DNA of 64,000 bases from Antedon mediterranea (taxonomy: Eukaryota > Animalia > Echinodermata), in assembly GCF_964355755.1 (NCBI RefSeq), contig NC_092678.1, forward strand, positions 21,407,365-21,471,364, read 5' to 3'. The translations under genes were made by a program, and so were the position numbers. The notes below the pieces were generated by a model. It made no database searches. It was given only the letters and a program-made list of their open reading frames with translations, and had not been told where the DNA came from. Of the stretch, positions 52,890 to 64,000 are shown in pieces (position 1 is the first letter of the stretch; each line of letters begins with the position of its first letter).

Positions 52890-55592
52890 CGACAAACTGA
52901 TGGTGCTTTAAGTTGTTTCGAACACTCTTGATTAAATGCGGTGGGTCGAACAGCGCATACACTTTGTATGTGGTGTCTGTCGTACGTTGACTGTGAAGAA
53001 AGTAGGGCTTAGTCTTCTTTATACCCAAGGTATGAAACATCCTTCTGTTGTTCGAACCCTGGTCTGCTATTACAGCTTTAACAACTAGTCCAGTTTTAAA
53101 AAGCCGAGCGAGACACTCTTTCAGAAGAGCGGTCTGTGTGTCACCATACGTAGCGCCATTTGCTAGGAAATATCCAAGTGGCTGCTTCCATCTAGATGTC
53201 ATACTCCTAACCATGAACACTAGCGCCTGTGTAGCAACCTTCTTTGTTGTGCCAATGCTCCCATAGTCTTCTAACCCTTCCTTCCATGCAATCTTTATAA
53301 CGATTGTATTTGATGGCAGCTTTCAGGGACATTTCATCAAGGGACACGGCCACCACACGTTCACGTTCGTTGAATGTTGCACATCTAATTTTTAATGATG
53401 AAAAAGTGGCATCATTAAATCCTGGTTTCACTTCGACTCGTTGTAGCCACCTTTTCAGTGATCTTGGGTTGGAAGGACAAACATCTTTCTACAAAACCTG
53501 TAAGCCTTGGGACCTTGGAAATGTAACGCCATTGAAAACAAGCGGTCTTTCACTGTATAACGACGGCCCTTTGGTTTATTCTTGCCAATTCGTAGTTGAC
53601 CGGCAAAGAAATCTAAGGCATTAGTACTCATGTAGGTTTTAGCTTTCTGAATTATACTTTCGATTTGATCACCACCTGCTAGTTCAATGATGGTAGACTG
53701 TATCTTCTTCATTTTTGCTTTAAGTCGGCATACCCTCACTCGATATTTCAAAGTACTGGCATGTCTTGAAGTTGACGGACATGATTGTCTAGCCGGCGTC
53801 TCATTTAAGGGTATCGGTATATCTGGAAATAAAAAGGGAACACATGCATCTGTGATTGAGAATGATAATAATAATAATTATTATTATAATATTAATAATA
53901 GTAGTAGTTGGAATCAGTCAGTTAGTTATCCAATCAGTCAATCTAGACTTTAATAAATAACAGTTTGTGTATAGGGTATATAATGCTTACTTGGAACTTG
54001 GCACTCATCTTCAGTCCTGTCTTGTGTTGAAGGAGTCACGGTAGACGTCATAGCATAGTTATGATCAGAATGATGACGGGGAGCCCCTACACAAAAACAA
54101 CAATTAAGAATAAGTACCACGTCACACAACGAAATATTAAATGCCAACATAACTTTTTTTGACAGGCCAAATACGGTAAGTATAAAAAGAGAACATTAGT
54201 GAACGATATGTTTGTATCAGGAAGAAAATAAGAACTTTCACAATCTAATTATTGTAATGTATTTTATTAGTACACTAGTACTATATTCACTTACTTGTTT
54301 CACTGTGAACAGTCTGTAACGTTCGAACATTGTTTTCTGGAGTTGGTGTTGCCTCCGAGTGTCTTGTGGGTAATTTACGCCGAACTGTTACTTGGTGTGG
54401 TGGATTTGGGACATCAAATATTGTAGGGACTGCATTCCATACAAGTCTTCTTGTGACCATCAGTATTTGAGATTCTTCGAAATGAATATTGCACAAGCGG
54501 CAATTACGATGTAAATAGGAACTTGGTTTCCTTCTCAAATCCGCGCGTCGTGTGTTCTGGGCCCATTTTGCACACCTGTAAATTAATAATTGTCTGGTGA
54601 GTTTTTGCTTTATGATAATTAACGTTTACGTAATTATAGGACGTCTGCGTGCATGCTAATTGATTTTCAAATTGGTTAGGGCCTAAAGTCAAATACTTAA
54701 GCCTAACCTAAAACCACTAACTAACGGTTGAATTTTATAAATATTAAGTATAAGATTCAATTAAAAATTGTTTGTTAGGGCTACTCAACGGATAAGTAAT
54801 ATAACCAGGGAACAATAAAAATAGTGTAATTTCACTGTTATTATAACTAATGTCCTAGCCTAATAATGATAATAATAATCATTCCATGCGTTAATATACT
54901 GTAATGTACGTAACGGCTAGTTAAATTAAACAAAATAAAATAACCATGAGACAAAAAGCAAATATTAACCATGAGACGGAAAGCATGAAATAATTAAGAT
55001 CACAATTTGTTTATATTAAGTATTATTATTATTATTATTTGTATAATGTAAAAAGAGGGACTACAGCGACATGCCAATTGGGCTTCTTGTAGTCTTTCGA
55101 CCAAATTTTTACTTATATGCCAACAATTGTAATGATATAATATTTGGTCAATAAATGTTTCTTGAATTGAAAGTTTTAAAAGTTGTTTAAGGTACTAAAT
55201 TTTAAAGGATAAAATAATATAACCAGGGAACAGTGAAGAAATTAGTGTAAGTTCACTGTTATATGATTAATGTACTAGGCCTAGTAGTAGCCTAATAATG
55301 ATAATACTAATCATTTCATACCTACGTTTAAATAATAATTATTAATAATATGCCTACCTAGCCTAGTTTATTAATATATGTATAAATTGAATACACATAA
55401 AAGTAAGGTTAGTCCCTACATAGCATAGGCCTAGGCCTATGTTAAGATGTAGGCTACTTATTTAATTACATAAATTTACCTGTTCTTGTCTTTGGGAAAA
55501 TTGTAAAACTTAAGTTCTGGGTTGGCCTTTGAATTGCTTTTACAATTAATTGCAGCACAGTATATCCCTCCACTTTTTCTCTTTTCATTCAT
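52281..55592 (-). pseudogene. THAP-domain P-type transposase, frameshifted and internally deleted
   Basis: Exons 55592-55480 (CAAINC..FYNFP), 54575-54295 (W..LCNIHF..AVPTIF), 54086-53991 (DHNY, HCF-1-binding-like) and 53822 onward (KGRRY, GPKAY, SLDEMSLK, WKQPLGY, ADQGSNN, FDPPHLIKSVRNN, YVAGYV, CDIC, GGL). Frameshifts near 53460 and 53270; the central catalytic region is missing at ~52890. Confidence 0.9.
52845..52890. repeat. (GAT)n microsatellite
   Basis: About 15 perfect GAT units. Confidence 0.95.
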
Positions 55593-56537
55593 TGTTTCTT
55601 AACCATACAAACTTTGGCGCGACTCCTCAATCCCATTTTCTTAAGAATACTGCGATCGTCACGCAAAAGTTCGTTACTCGTTTAAGCGATCGAGGGGGCG
55701 CACTATAATTTGACGCTTCTAAAGTGTTACGCGTAAACGCGGGAAGTGTCACATCTTTAGTATATAAGATCTTTGATAACGTACATACGCATCGTGGTGA
55801 CGTTTGCTATCATTTCCTTCCCATCATTCGTCGCGGACGCTACCTATAGAGGAGTGTTTGAAGCTTAGGGTCAAATGTCAAATCTGACTGGGTTCATGTT
55901 CTATTGAATAGCGCATCTCTAGATATGTTTTTTTATCGCACGGCCCGCGCCCGATTTTTTTTCGTACATAAGTTGGGGACCCCTCATGAAACGTCACAAA
56001 ATAAACATGAATAATTCATCAGTTAATTTTTTTGTTCCGTGTGTACCCAAGCGTATAGCAACAAGTGATTACAACTGCGATACGATTCTTTCTAGGCCTA
56101 GGATCGATTCTAGGTCAATTCATGTGATTGCCTTCGCGCACTCTTCTTCACACACACACCACCTATGCAAAATGTGTCGAGGCTAATCGACAGCTAGGCA
56201 AGACATTCAACTAAGTAGTAATTAGACCAACCTAACTTATTTCTCCATGATTAGACATAGCCCATAGAAAGCTTAGACCCACAAGAAGAATGTGTATAAT
56301 TTGTGTACTGTAATTTTTAATTCTGCTATTTTATTATCAAACAATATGCATGTACTCAAATGAACTTTAAAAATGCGCATTAAATTATGAACACATGAGA
56401 TGGAAAGATTAGAACCACGAGAATAAAAAATGTATTTTTGTGTAATGTAATTGTTTAATTTTGCTGATTTATTACTTGGACTGTGTCATACCTAACACTA
56501 ACACACACGTCACACCCACACAGACTACTAGAATAGA

Positions 56538-59500
56538 CAGGGCCGTAGCCAGGATCTGTCAAGGGGGGGTTCGGACACTAAGTATTTGGGTCACTGTCCC
56601 ACTGTCACTGTGTTTCCCTTGTGGCCCGGGCAACAGCCTTAATTTCATACTAAATGTTGTTTCTGCCACTAAATTGAAATTGAGTTCCATTTCATCGTAT
56701 ACCATCCGGACACGGAACTTGATAGGCTTAGTCATAAAGTAGTTACAGAGTTGCAGGGCATTTTATCATTGTTGACTGTTTGGATATTAGCCTAATTGTT
56801 AAAACGACCTTCACAACCAAAATATTTCTTTGTAATAAAATCTATTTTAAATGGAACGCTACAAAAATAATTCTCTGCTTTATCAGAGCATGCATCCTAA
56901 TAACCAGACAAGGACGTGTCTTTATTACATTTTACTATCAATCTATTTTCAAGTCACGCAATCCATTTTTCAACAATACAGTAGTATAATAACATTTTGA
57001 TTGAATAGTGAGGGATTAGTTACAGTTTGACTTTGAATAAACAATTGGTAATTTACTGAAAATCCAAAATGAACTTGTGTTATAATACAAAAAAAATTAT
57101 TCAATCAAAGAAACGCTCTACTACACATGAGAAATAGATGTCGGTCGATAAACTTCTGACGACGGCTAAAACAACGACAATCAGCTAAATGTTAGTAATT
57201 TTATTTCATCTCTGGCTTGTTACATTTTTCATGACACATTACCGGACTTCCCCCTCCTCTCGCAATGAACGACAGTACAGATCCTCCCTATCTAGGCTCG
57301 TGTATGTAGCATACTACACGTTATTCACAAATTACGCACGCATAGCAGTGTTACTAGAACCATCACAGATTACCTCTAATGGATCAATCATTCACACATG
57401 ATTTAAAAAATTTATCGACAAACGAAATATAGCCTATATTCATTCCTTTTAAATATTAAGCATATTGCCAAGGCTAATAATCGATTTGTCCATAATTATT
57501 GCGTTTTGCCGGGGGTTTTCCATAACCTAAGGCCAATGTTTAGGCCAAATCATAATTGTGCGTATAGTGTTGTATTTCCGATGCGTGTAGTACCCTATTT
57601 ATCTTCATTTCCGTACGTTCGTCGTAAATAGGCCGAATTTCCGTAGTAATTTATAGACGTTCCAAAATTTGAACCGTGTTATACCGGTAACAGAGCAAAG
57701 TTTGCTTCTTTCTGCAAATTTCCTATCATTATTTTCTTTGTTTTATTTTGAGTGTGGTTTAAAACAACACTTTTGTAAAGTTTATAGTGGATAAATGAAA
57801 ATGAATTTTTGGAAAATGTGGTTTTAACATCTGACTTTATTTAGCATTTTTAAATGAATTAAAATTCCAAATTATACAATTTAACCTTTTGCTCAATATA
57901 TTTATAGCAACTGCTTCATATTTTTTGTACAACTTTTTAAAATTATTAATTGATAATTAATTTACATTAATTGAGTACAGTTATTAGAATGTATTACCGT
58001 ACCAAAAGTACCTTAATCGGAGACTTCCCCGCGACGTTTGCATTGAACGAAAAAAAATTATCATAAATTTACGTGCGAGAATACTATTTGCGGCCATCTA
58101 GGGGTGTCATTTAACAATTTGCTTGCTCAAATACTCAGTGTCTACAGCCCTGGAGTCTTTGGGCAACCCTCTTAAAATAGTCCTGCGACCGCCCCTGATA
58201 GCTCTATCTATATTTATTTACAGCAATTTGTTGAGGAAACTAAATATATCAATGTAAATAGGTGGTATTGATACAGTTGAGTAGGCCTACGTATCGGCTG
58301 GTGGTCTAGAAAAAAATAATCGAATGCCATAGGCCTAATGTAAACTACAGTATACATGATACCATAGATATTATAGTGTAATCTATATATAAATTTACGT
58401 AAGGGCAAAAATCGGTAAATCGCGCCTTACTTCTAGAATTTTTACTCGATGGTATATAAAGTTGGTTCGTACTTTCGGTACTGATTTTAACCACCTGATG
58501 TAACCCTGTTTACTAATTAAATTGAGTTAGATAATTAGTTATTGACGATTAAAACGAATTTAGGTTCAACGATTTGCCCCAAATAGGGGTGTTTTCCGAT
58601 CGTGGTATACACTGTCTAATGGATGTCCATCTTGAAAAATACCCGCCACAAAAATGCGAGGAGGCTTCGCATTTTCCTATCTCCTCCTACGATAATTGTT
58701 TTTAATAGCTGAAAACCGGTTGAACAGTTCGAGTACAGCATCATAATGTTGAAGACAGGCCGATTTTCTTTAAAAAATACTATTTTGATACATTTAATAT
58801 ACGTTTTTACAAATGTATTGATTTGTGATGAATGGAACATTCCAAATTATTTGGTTTAACCATACAGGTATAGATTTAGATTTATGGGCCCCCTTGGAGA
58901 ATAAACATAAAATAGTATTGAATGCTGTACAATACTGTTAAGGTATTAACCACTTTTGATCGCAATTTGAATCGCAAATGTCTTACTGTGAGTGTTGGTA
59001 CTGTTAGATGTAATATAAAAATATATACAAATAAACTTTATTACTGTGAGTGTGGGTAGGCCCTACTGTTAGATTATAAACATATAATATACAAATAAAC
59101 ATTCCAAATTATTTGGTTTAACCATAGAGGTATAGATTTAGATTTATGGGCGGGCCCCCTTGGAGAATAAACATAAATAGTATTGCAATGCTGTACAATA
59201 CTGTTAAGGTATTAACCACTTTTGATCGCAATTTGAATCGCAAATTTCTTACTGTGAGTGTTGGTACTGTTAGATGTAATATAAAAATATATACAAATAA
59301 ACTTTATTACTGTGAGTGGTAGGCCCTACTGTTAGATTATAAACATATAATATACAAATAAACATTCCAAATTATTTGGTTTAACCATAGAGGTATAGAT
59401 TTAGATTTATGGGCCCCCTTGGAGAATAAACATAAATAGTATTGCAATGCTGTACAATACTGTTAAGGTATTAACCACTTTTGATCGCAATTTGAATCGC

Positions 59501-60701
59501 AAATTTCTTACTGTGAGTGTTGGTACTGTTAGATGTAATATAAAAATATATACAAATAAACTTTATTACTGTGAGTGGTAGGCCCTACTGTTAGATTATA
59601 AACATATAATATACAAATAAATAAACGTTATTACTGACAGTTGCTTCTCAACGTTTGTATTAATTAATAATTTAAAAATATATAAACGTCGTAGTGGTGT
59701 ATCGTAACACATGTACTTTACTATTTCAATCGACTATGACAGTGACAGTTCTAACAAAGTACCGTATTAAATCGCAAATGTTTTACTGTATTTAGTGGTA
59801 TATTATTTATAGGCCTATAAAACATTAAAAACAATATTTCGTTACTGAGTGGATAAGAATATATTTTAAAATGTTTCCTCTTTGTACCTATCTTCTTCCC
59901 CCATCCCTCAACCCTTAATGTTACATACAAAACACAAATTGGGTTTTTTTAAATGAGTCCAAATAAAAAAATTTGACTCATTTTGTTTCTCTCTCGGAAG
60001 TAATTCCCAGGGTGCTAATTTTGGTTGACTACATAAATCATTGTGTATATTTATTCGTTTCTGTAAACGACAATGTATTATAGTCCTGCGGTACGTACAT
60101 TTGAAATCTCCATTTTTTTCTCGCTGGAAATACTGTGTATTCGAGAACCATCTGTGGGCACGACCTAGATGGTACGCGAGCGAAGCGAGCGTGCCATCTA
60201 GTATATTAAATTCACTATAATCCTCTATGATGATGATACACTATACTTCATAGCCACACATAAATATTGTAGATAACCGCCGCGTTCCATTTTTAAGGCT
60301 ATATACTTTATGCATGCTGACTGCCAGTGATCGAAACAATAGGTACGCGGTTGTCTAGCGGTGTTCTTTGTACGATTCGTTCGTGCCCAAGCTCGCGTCA
60401 ATATCATGTTACATCCTGGGACCAAAAATTCGTATTATTTTTCAGGTGAAAATCGGCAACCAATTCATTTGTTTAACAATAAGGTATGAGTTATTCACGA
60501 ACGAGTTTACAAATTTTTCAATTTACAAACAACCTTTTGTATTGTGGGGCACGTATTTGGAGGATTTTCAGAGATGAGGGTGTGGTGAGGTATTGTGGAT
60601 GTCGGGGATAGGGGTTCGCAGTCGGTTAAGGGGGGGGGGGGGGGGTCGCTGTAAAGGGGGGTTCGCCCGAACCATAAAAACCCCCCCTGGCTACGGGCCT
60701 G
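56538..60701. mobile_element. hAT-like non-autonomous element nested in the MULE-like element
   Basis: TIR CAGGGCCGTAGCCAGG / CCTGGCTACGGGCCTG; 5-bp direct repeat ATAGA on both sides; an orphan related end CCTGCGACCGCCCCTG at 58182-58197. Confidence 0.7.
58382..60201 (+). mobile_element. Non-autonomous Helitron with three internal ~260-bp tandem repeats (~58836-59620)
   Basis: A|TCTATATATA start; 3' hairpin AGATGGTACGC..GCGTGCCATCT ending CTAG|T; AT target site and no TSD. Confidence 0.85.
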
Positions 60702-61389
60702 ATAGACATGGGCTTTAGAGACTAATAATTAGGCCTAATAGTATTAATAGAAACTATAATTTTAACACGTAATTCTTTAGTAATACATTATATTAAAAAA
60801 CTAAACTAAACTAAAGGCTGATTATTTCAAAAATCCACACAAAACGCCGATATTCTTTTATGAAATCGCACACAGCGGAGATAGGCCTAGAATCGTATTG
60901 CAATTGTCGTGTAATCGCTTCTTGTTGCTATACGCTTGGGTGCACACGGAACAAGAAAATTTAACTGATGAATTATTCATGTTTATTATGTGACGTTTCA
61001 TTAAGGGGTCCCCAACTTATGTACGAAAAAACAATCGCGGCCCGCGCGCAGGCGCAATGGTATACCAATACCTGATACTTACATTTTCTTTGACCAAAGC
61101 TCCAAGAATAAGTGGACCAATAAAACCAATCGAAGCGGCTGCAGATGACACAATTCCTACGATTATTTGCGAATGTTCCTTTGATATCTCCATTATGTTT
61201 GTAAGTGTGCTCGTCGCATATATTCCATCAAAAGCAAATGCGACCGTAAGAAGTAAAACAGACGCGACTGCTAGGTGTTCAAAGTATCCAATGAAAGACA
61301 GACACATAGCAGGTATTCCCATGTCTACAAAAAAGTAATGGAAATTGTAACAACTTTAATTAGGCATAAATCAAAACTAGAGTGTTGTA

Positions 61390-61535
61390 TTCATTCTTCC
61401 GTTCATTCATTAGTTCATTAATTCATTCGTGTATTAGTCCATTCATTCACTCATTCGTTTGTTCACTCATTCATTAGTTCATTCATTTATTTGTTCATTC
61501 GCTTGTTCTTTCATTCATGTATTCATTCATTTGGT
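61390..61535. repeat. Degenerate (TTCA)n microsatellite
   Basis: Repeated ttca/attc units in intron 7 of copy D. Confidence 0.85.
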
Positions 61536-61886
61536 CAAAATCTATTACAATAACAATATAAGATTCCAAGCAGTATACTATGAAATAGGTGGATATTTAG
61601 TTGGTAAAAATTAATAATAGACCTAATGATGTTTTGGTTTCAATATTTTAGTTTGTGAAATGAGAATCTCATAAAATTAATATTGAATAGGGTTATATGT
61701 TTTGATGTAATGAATTGTATTGTTCTATAGTAAGCCTATTTGTGATCAAAACATATATATATATAATTTATTTTTATTGATAATAAAGTGCTAATCGTTG
61801 TTTATAAAGATAAACGCGGAATACATTCTTAATTTTTTAAAAGACATACACACTTTCATCTTACGCAAAATCATAAAAAATTGTAA

Positions 61887-64000
61887 TCGTATATTAAATC
61901 TATCAAAATAGTATTTTTTAAAGAAAATCGGCCTGTCTTCAACATTATGATGGTGTACTCTAGCTGTTCAACCGGTTTTCAGCTATTAAAAACAATTATC
62001 GTAGGAGGAGATAGAAAAATGCGAAGCCTCCTCGCATTTTTTTGGCGGGTATTTTTCAAGATGGACATCCATTAGACAGTGTATACCACGATCGGAAAAC
62101 ACCCCTATTTGGGGCAAATCGTTGAACCTAAATTCGTTTTAATCGTCATTAACTAATTATCTAACTCAATTTAATTAGTAAACAGGGTTACATCAGGCGG
62201 TTAAAATCAGTACCGAAAGTACGAACCAACTTTACATACCATCGAGTGAAAATTCTAGAAGTAAGGCGCGATTTACCGAATTTTGCCCTTACGTAAGGGC
62301 AAAAATCGGTAAATCGCGCCTTACTTCTAGAATTTTTACTCGATGGTATATAAAGTTGGTTCGTACTTTCGGTACTGATTTTAACCACCTGATGTAACCC
62401 TGTTTACTAATTAAATTGAGTTAGATAATTAGTTATTGACGATTAAAACGAATTTAGGTTCAACGATTTGCCCCAAATAGGGGTGTTTTCCGATCGTGGT
62501 ATACACTGTCTAATGGATGTCCATCTTGAAAAATACCCGCCACAAAAATGCGAGGAGGCTTCGCATTTTCCTATCTCCTCCTACGATAATTGTTTTTAAT
62601 AGCTGAAAACCGGTTGAACAGTTCGAGTACAGCATCATAATGTTGAAGACAGGCCGATTTTCTTTAAAAAATACTATTTTGATACATTTAATATACGTTT
62701 TTACAAATGTATTGATTTGTGATGAATGGAACATTCCAAATTATTTGGTTTAACCATACAGGTATAGATTTAGATTTATGGGCCCCCTTGGAGAATAAAC
62801 ATAAAATAGTATTGAATGCTGTACAATACTGTTAAGGTATTAACCACTTTTGATCGCAATTTGAATCGCAAATGTCTTACTGTGAGTGTTGGTACTGTTA
62901 GATGTAATATAAAAATATATACAAATAAACTTTATTACTGTGAGTGTGGGTAGGCCCTACTGTTAGATTATAAACATATAATATACAAATAAACATTCCA
63001 AATTATTTGGTTTAACCATAGAGGTATAGATTTAGATTTATGGGCGGGCCCCCTTGGAGAATAAACATAAATAGTATTGCAATGCTGTACAATACTGTTA
63101 AGGTATTAACCACTTTTGATCGCAATTTGAATCGCAAATTTCTTACTGTGAGTGTTGGTACTGTTAGATGTAATATAAAAATATATACAAATAAACTTTA
63201 TTACTGTGAGTGGTAGGCCCTACTGTTAGATTATAAACATATAATATACAAATAAACATTCCAAATTATTTGGTTTAACCATAGAGGTATAGATTTAGAT
63301 TTATGGGCCCCCTTGGAGAATAAACATAAATAGTATTGCAATGCTGTACAATACTGTTAAGGTATTAACCACTTTTGATCGCAATTTGAATCGCAAATTT
63401 CTTACTGTGAGTGTTGGTACTGTTAGATGTAATATAAAAATATATACAAATAAACTTTATTACTGTGAGTGGTAGGCCCTACTGTTAGATTATAAACATA
63501 TAATATACAAATAAATAAACGTTATTACTGACAGTTGCTTCTCAACGTTTGTATTAATTAATAATTTAAAAATATATAAACGTCGTAGTGGTGTATCGTA
63601 ACACATGTACTTTACTATTTCAATCGACTATGACAGTGACAGTTCTAACAAAGTACCGTATTAAATCGCAAATGTTTTACTGTATTTAGTGGTATATTAT
63701 TTATAGGCCTATAAAACATTAAAAACAATATTTCGTTACTGAGTGGATAAGAATATATTTTAAAATGTTTCCTCTTTGTACCTATCTTCTTCCCCCATCC
63801 CTCAACCCTTAATGTTACATACAAAACACAAATTGGGTTTTTTTAAATGAGTCCAAATAAAAAAATTTGACTCATTTTGTTTCTCTCTCGGAAGTAATTC
63901 CCAGGGTGCTAATTTTGGTTGACTACATAAATCATTGTGTATATTTATTCGTTTCTGTAAACGACAATGTATTATAGTCCTGCGGTACGTACATTTGAAA
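61887..64000. mobile_element. Second Helitron copy (from ~62289, + strand, running off the window) fused head-to-head with an inverted ~405-bp 5' fragment
   Basis: 62289-64000 appears identical to 58396-60105 (the same 74-aa ORF occurs twice). 61888-62292 is the reverse complement of 62293-62697 with about ten mismatches. Confidence 0.85.

Larger units (their letters stand above)
51545..55775 (-). mobile_element. P-element superfamily (THAP9-like) DNA transposon, defective
   Basis: 23-bp perfect TIR CAAAGATCTTATATACTAAAGAT (about 31 bp with mismatches); 7-bp direct repeat ATAACGT at 51538-51544 and 55776-55782; spliced THAP transposase inside. Confidence 0.93.
55951..61038. mobile_element. 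Long-TIR non-autonomous element, Mutator/MULE-like
   Basis: ~140-bp imperfect TIRs (CGATT..TTTTCGTACATAAGTTGGGGACCCCT..ATGAAACGTCACA...) at 55951-56090 and 60890-61038; 9-10 bp flanking direct repeat (C)GGCCCGCGC. Confidence 0.8.
51237..61882 (-). pseudogene. SLC17 copy D, 3' part: exon 9 (51410-51237), exon 8 (61324-61083) and the tail of exon 7 (~61882-61865), cut by Helitron sequence
   Basis: Exons 8 and 9 are open with GT-AG sites. Only ~18 nt of exon 7 precede its donor before unrelated repeat sequence begins. Intron 8 is expanded to ~9.7 kb. The rest of the gene is outside the window or lost. Confidence 0.7.

Noticed and set aside
52281-55592. Domesticated THAP9 host gene
   Set aside because: It is bounded by TIRs and a TSD, has frameshifts and a catalytic-domain deletion, and sits in another gene's intron.
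58616-58840. Duplicated 74-aa ORF (also 62510-62734) as a captured gene
   Set aside because: It lies inside identical Helitron copies and has no recognisable domain or splice structure.

Overview
AT-rich, intron-containing animal genomic DNA; it looks like an invertebrate, but the species cannot be determined from the window. The left ~14 kb holds the 5' part of a minus-strand plexin-family gene (three Sema-domain coding exons and a probable non-coding first exon). From ~15.5 kb to the end is a tandem minus-strand cluster of SLC17 (sialin/VGLUT-like MFS anion transporter) genes. It has two intact 9-exon near-identical copies (20053-26882, 34669-40627), one nearly full-length pseudogene (41537-46082), two deleted relics (15844-16686, 27667-28434) and one transposon-disrupted copy (51237-61882). 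The repeating cassette also carries an L2/CR1 LINE fragment and a 34-bp minisatellite. Transposons are abundant: a defective spliced THAP/P-element with a 7-bp TSD and a doubled left end, a MULE-like > hAT-like > Helitron nest, a ~810-bp head-to-head Helitron palindrome, Helentron/DINE-1-like elements with tRNA-like boxes, and PIF/Harbinger, Kolobok and pogo/Tc2-type MITEs. No CRISPR, rRNA or convincing tRNA gene was found. All calls were made by eye without database searches.
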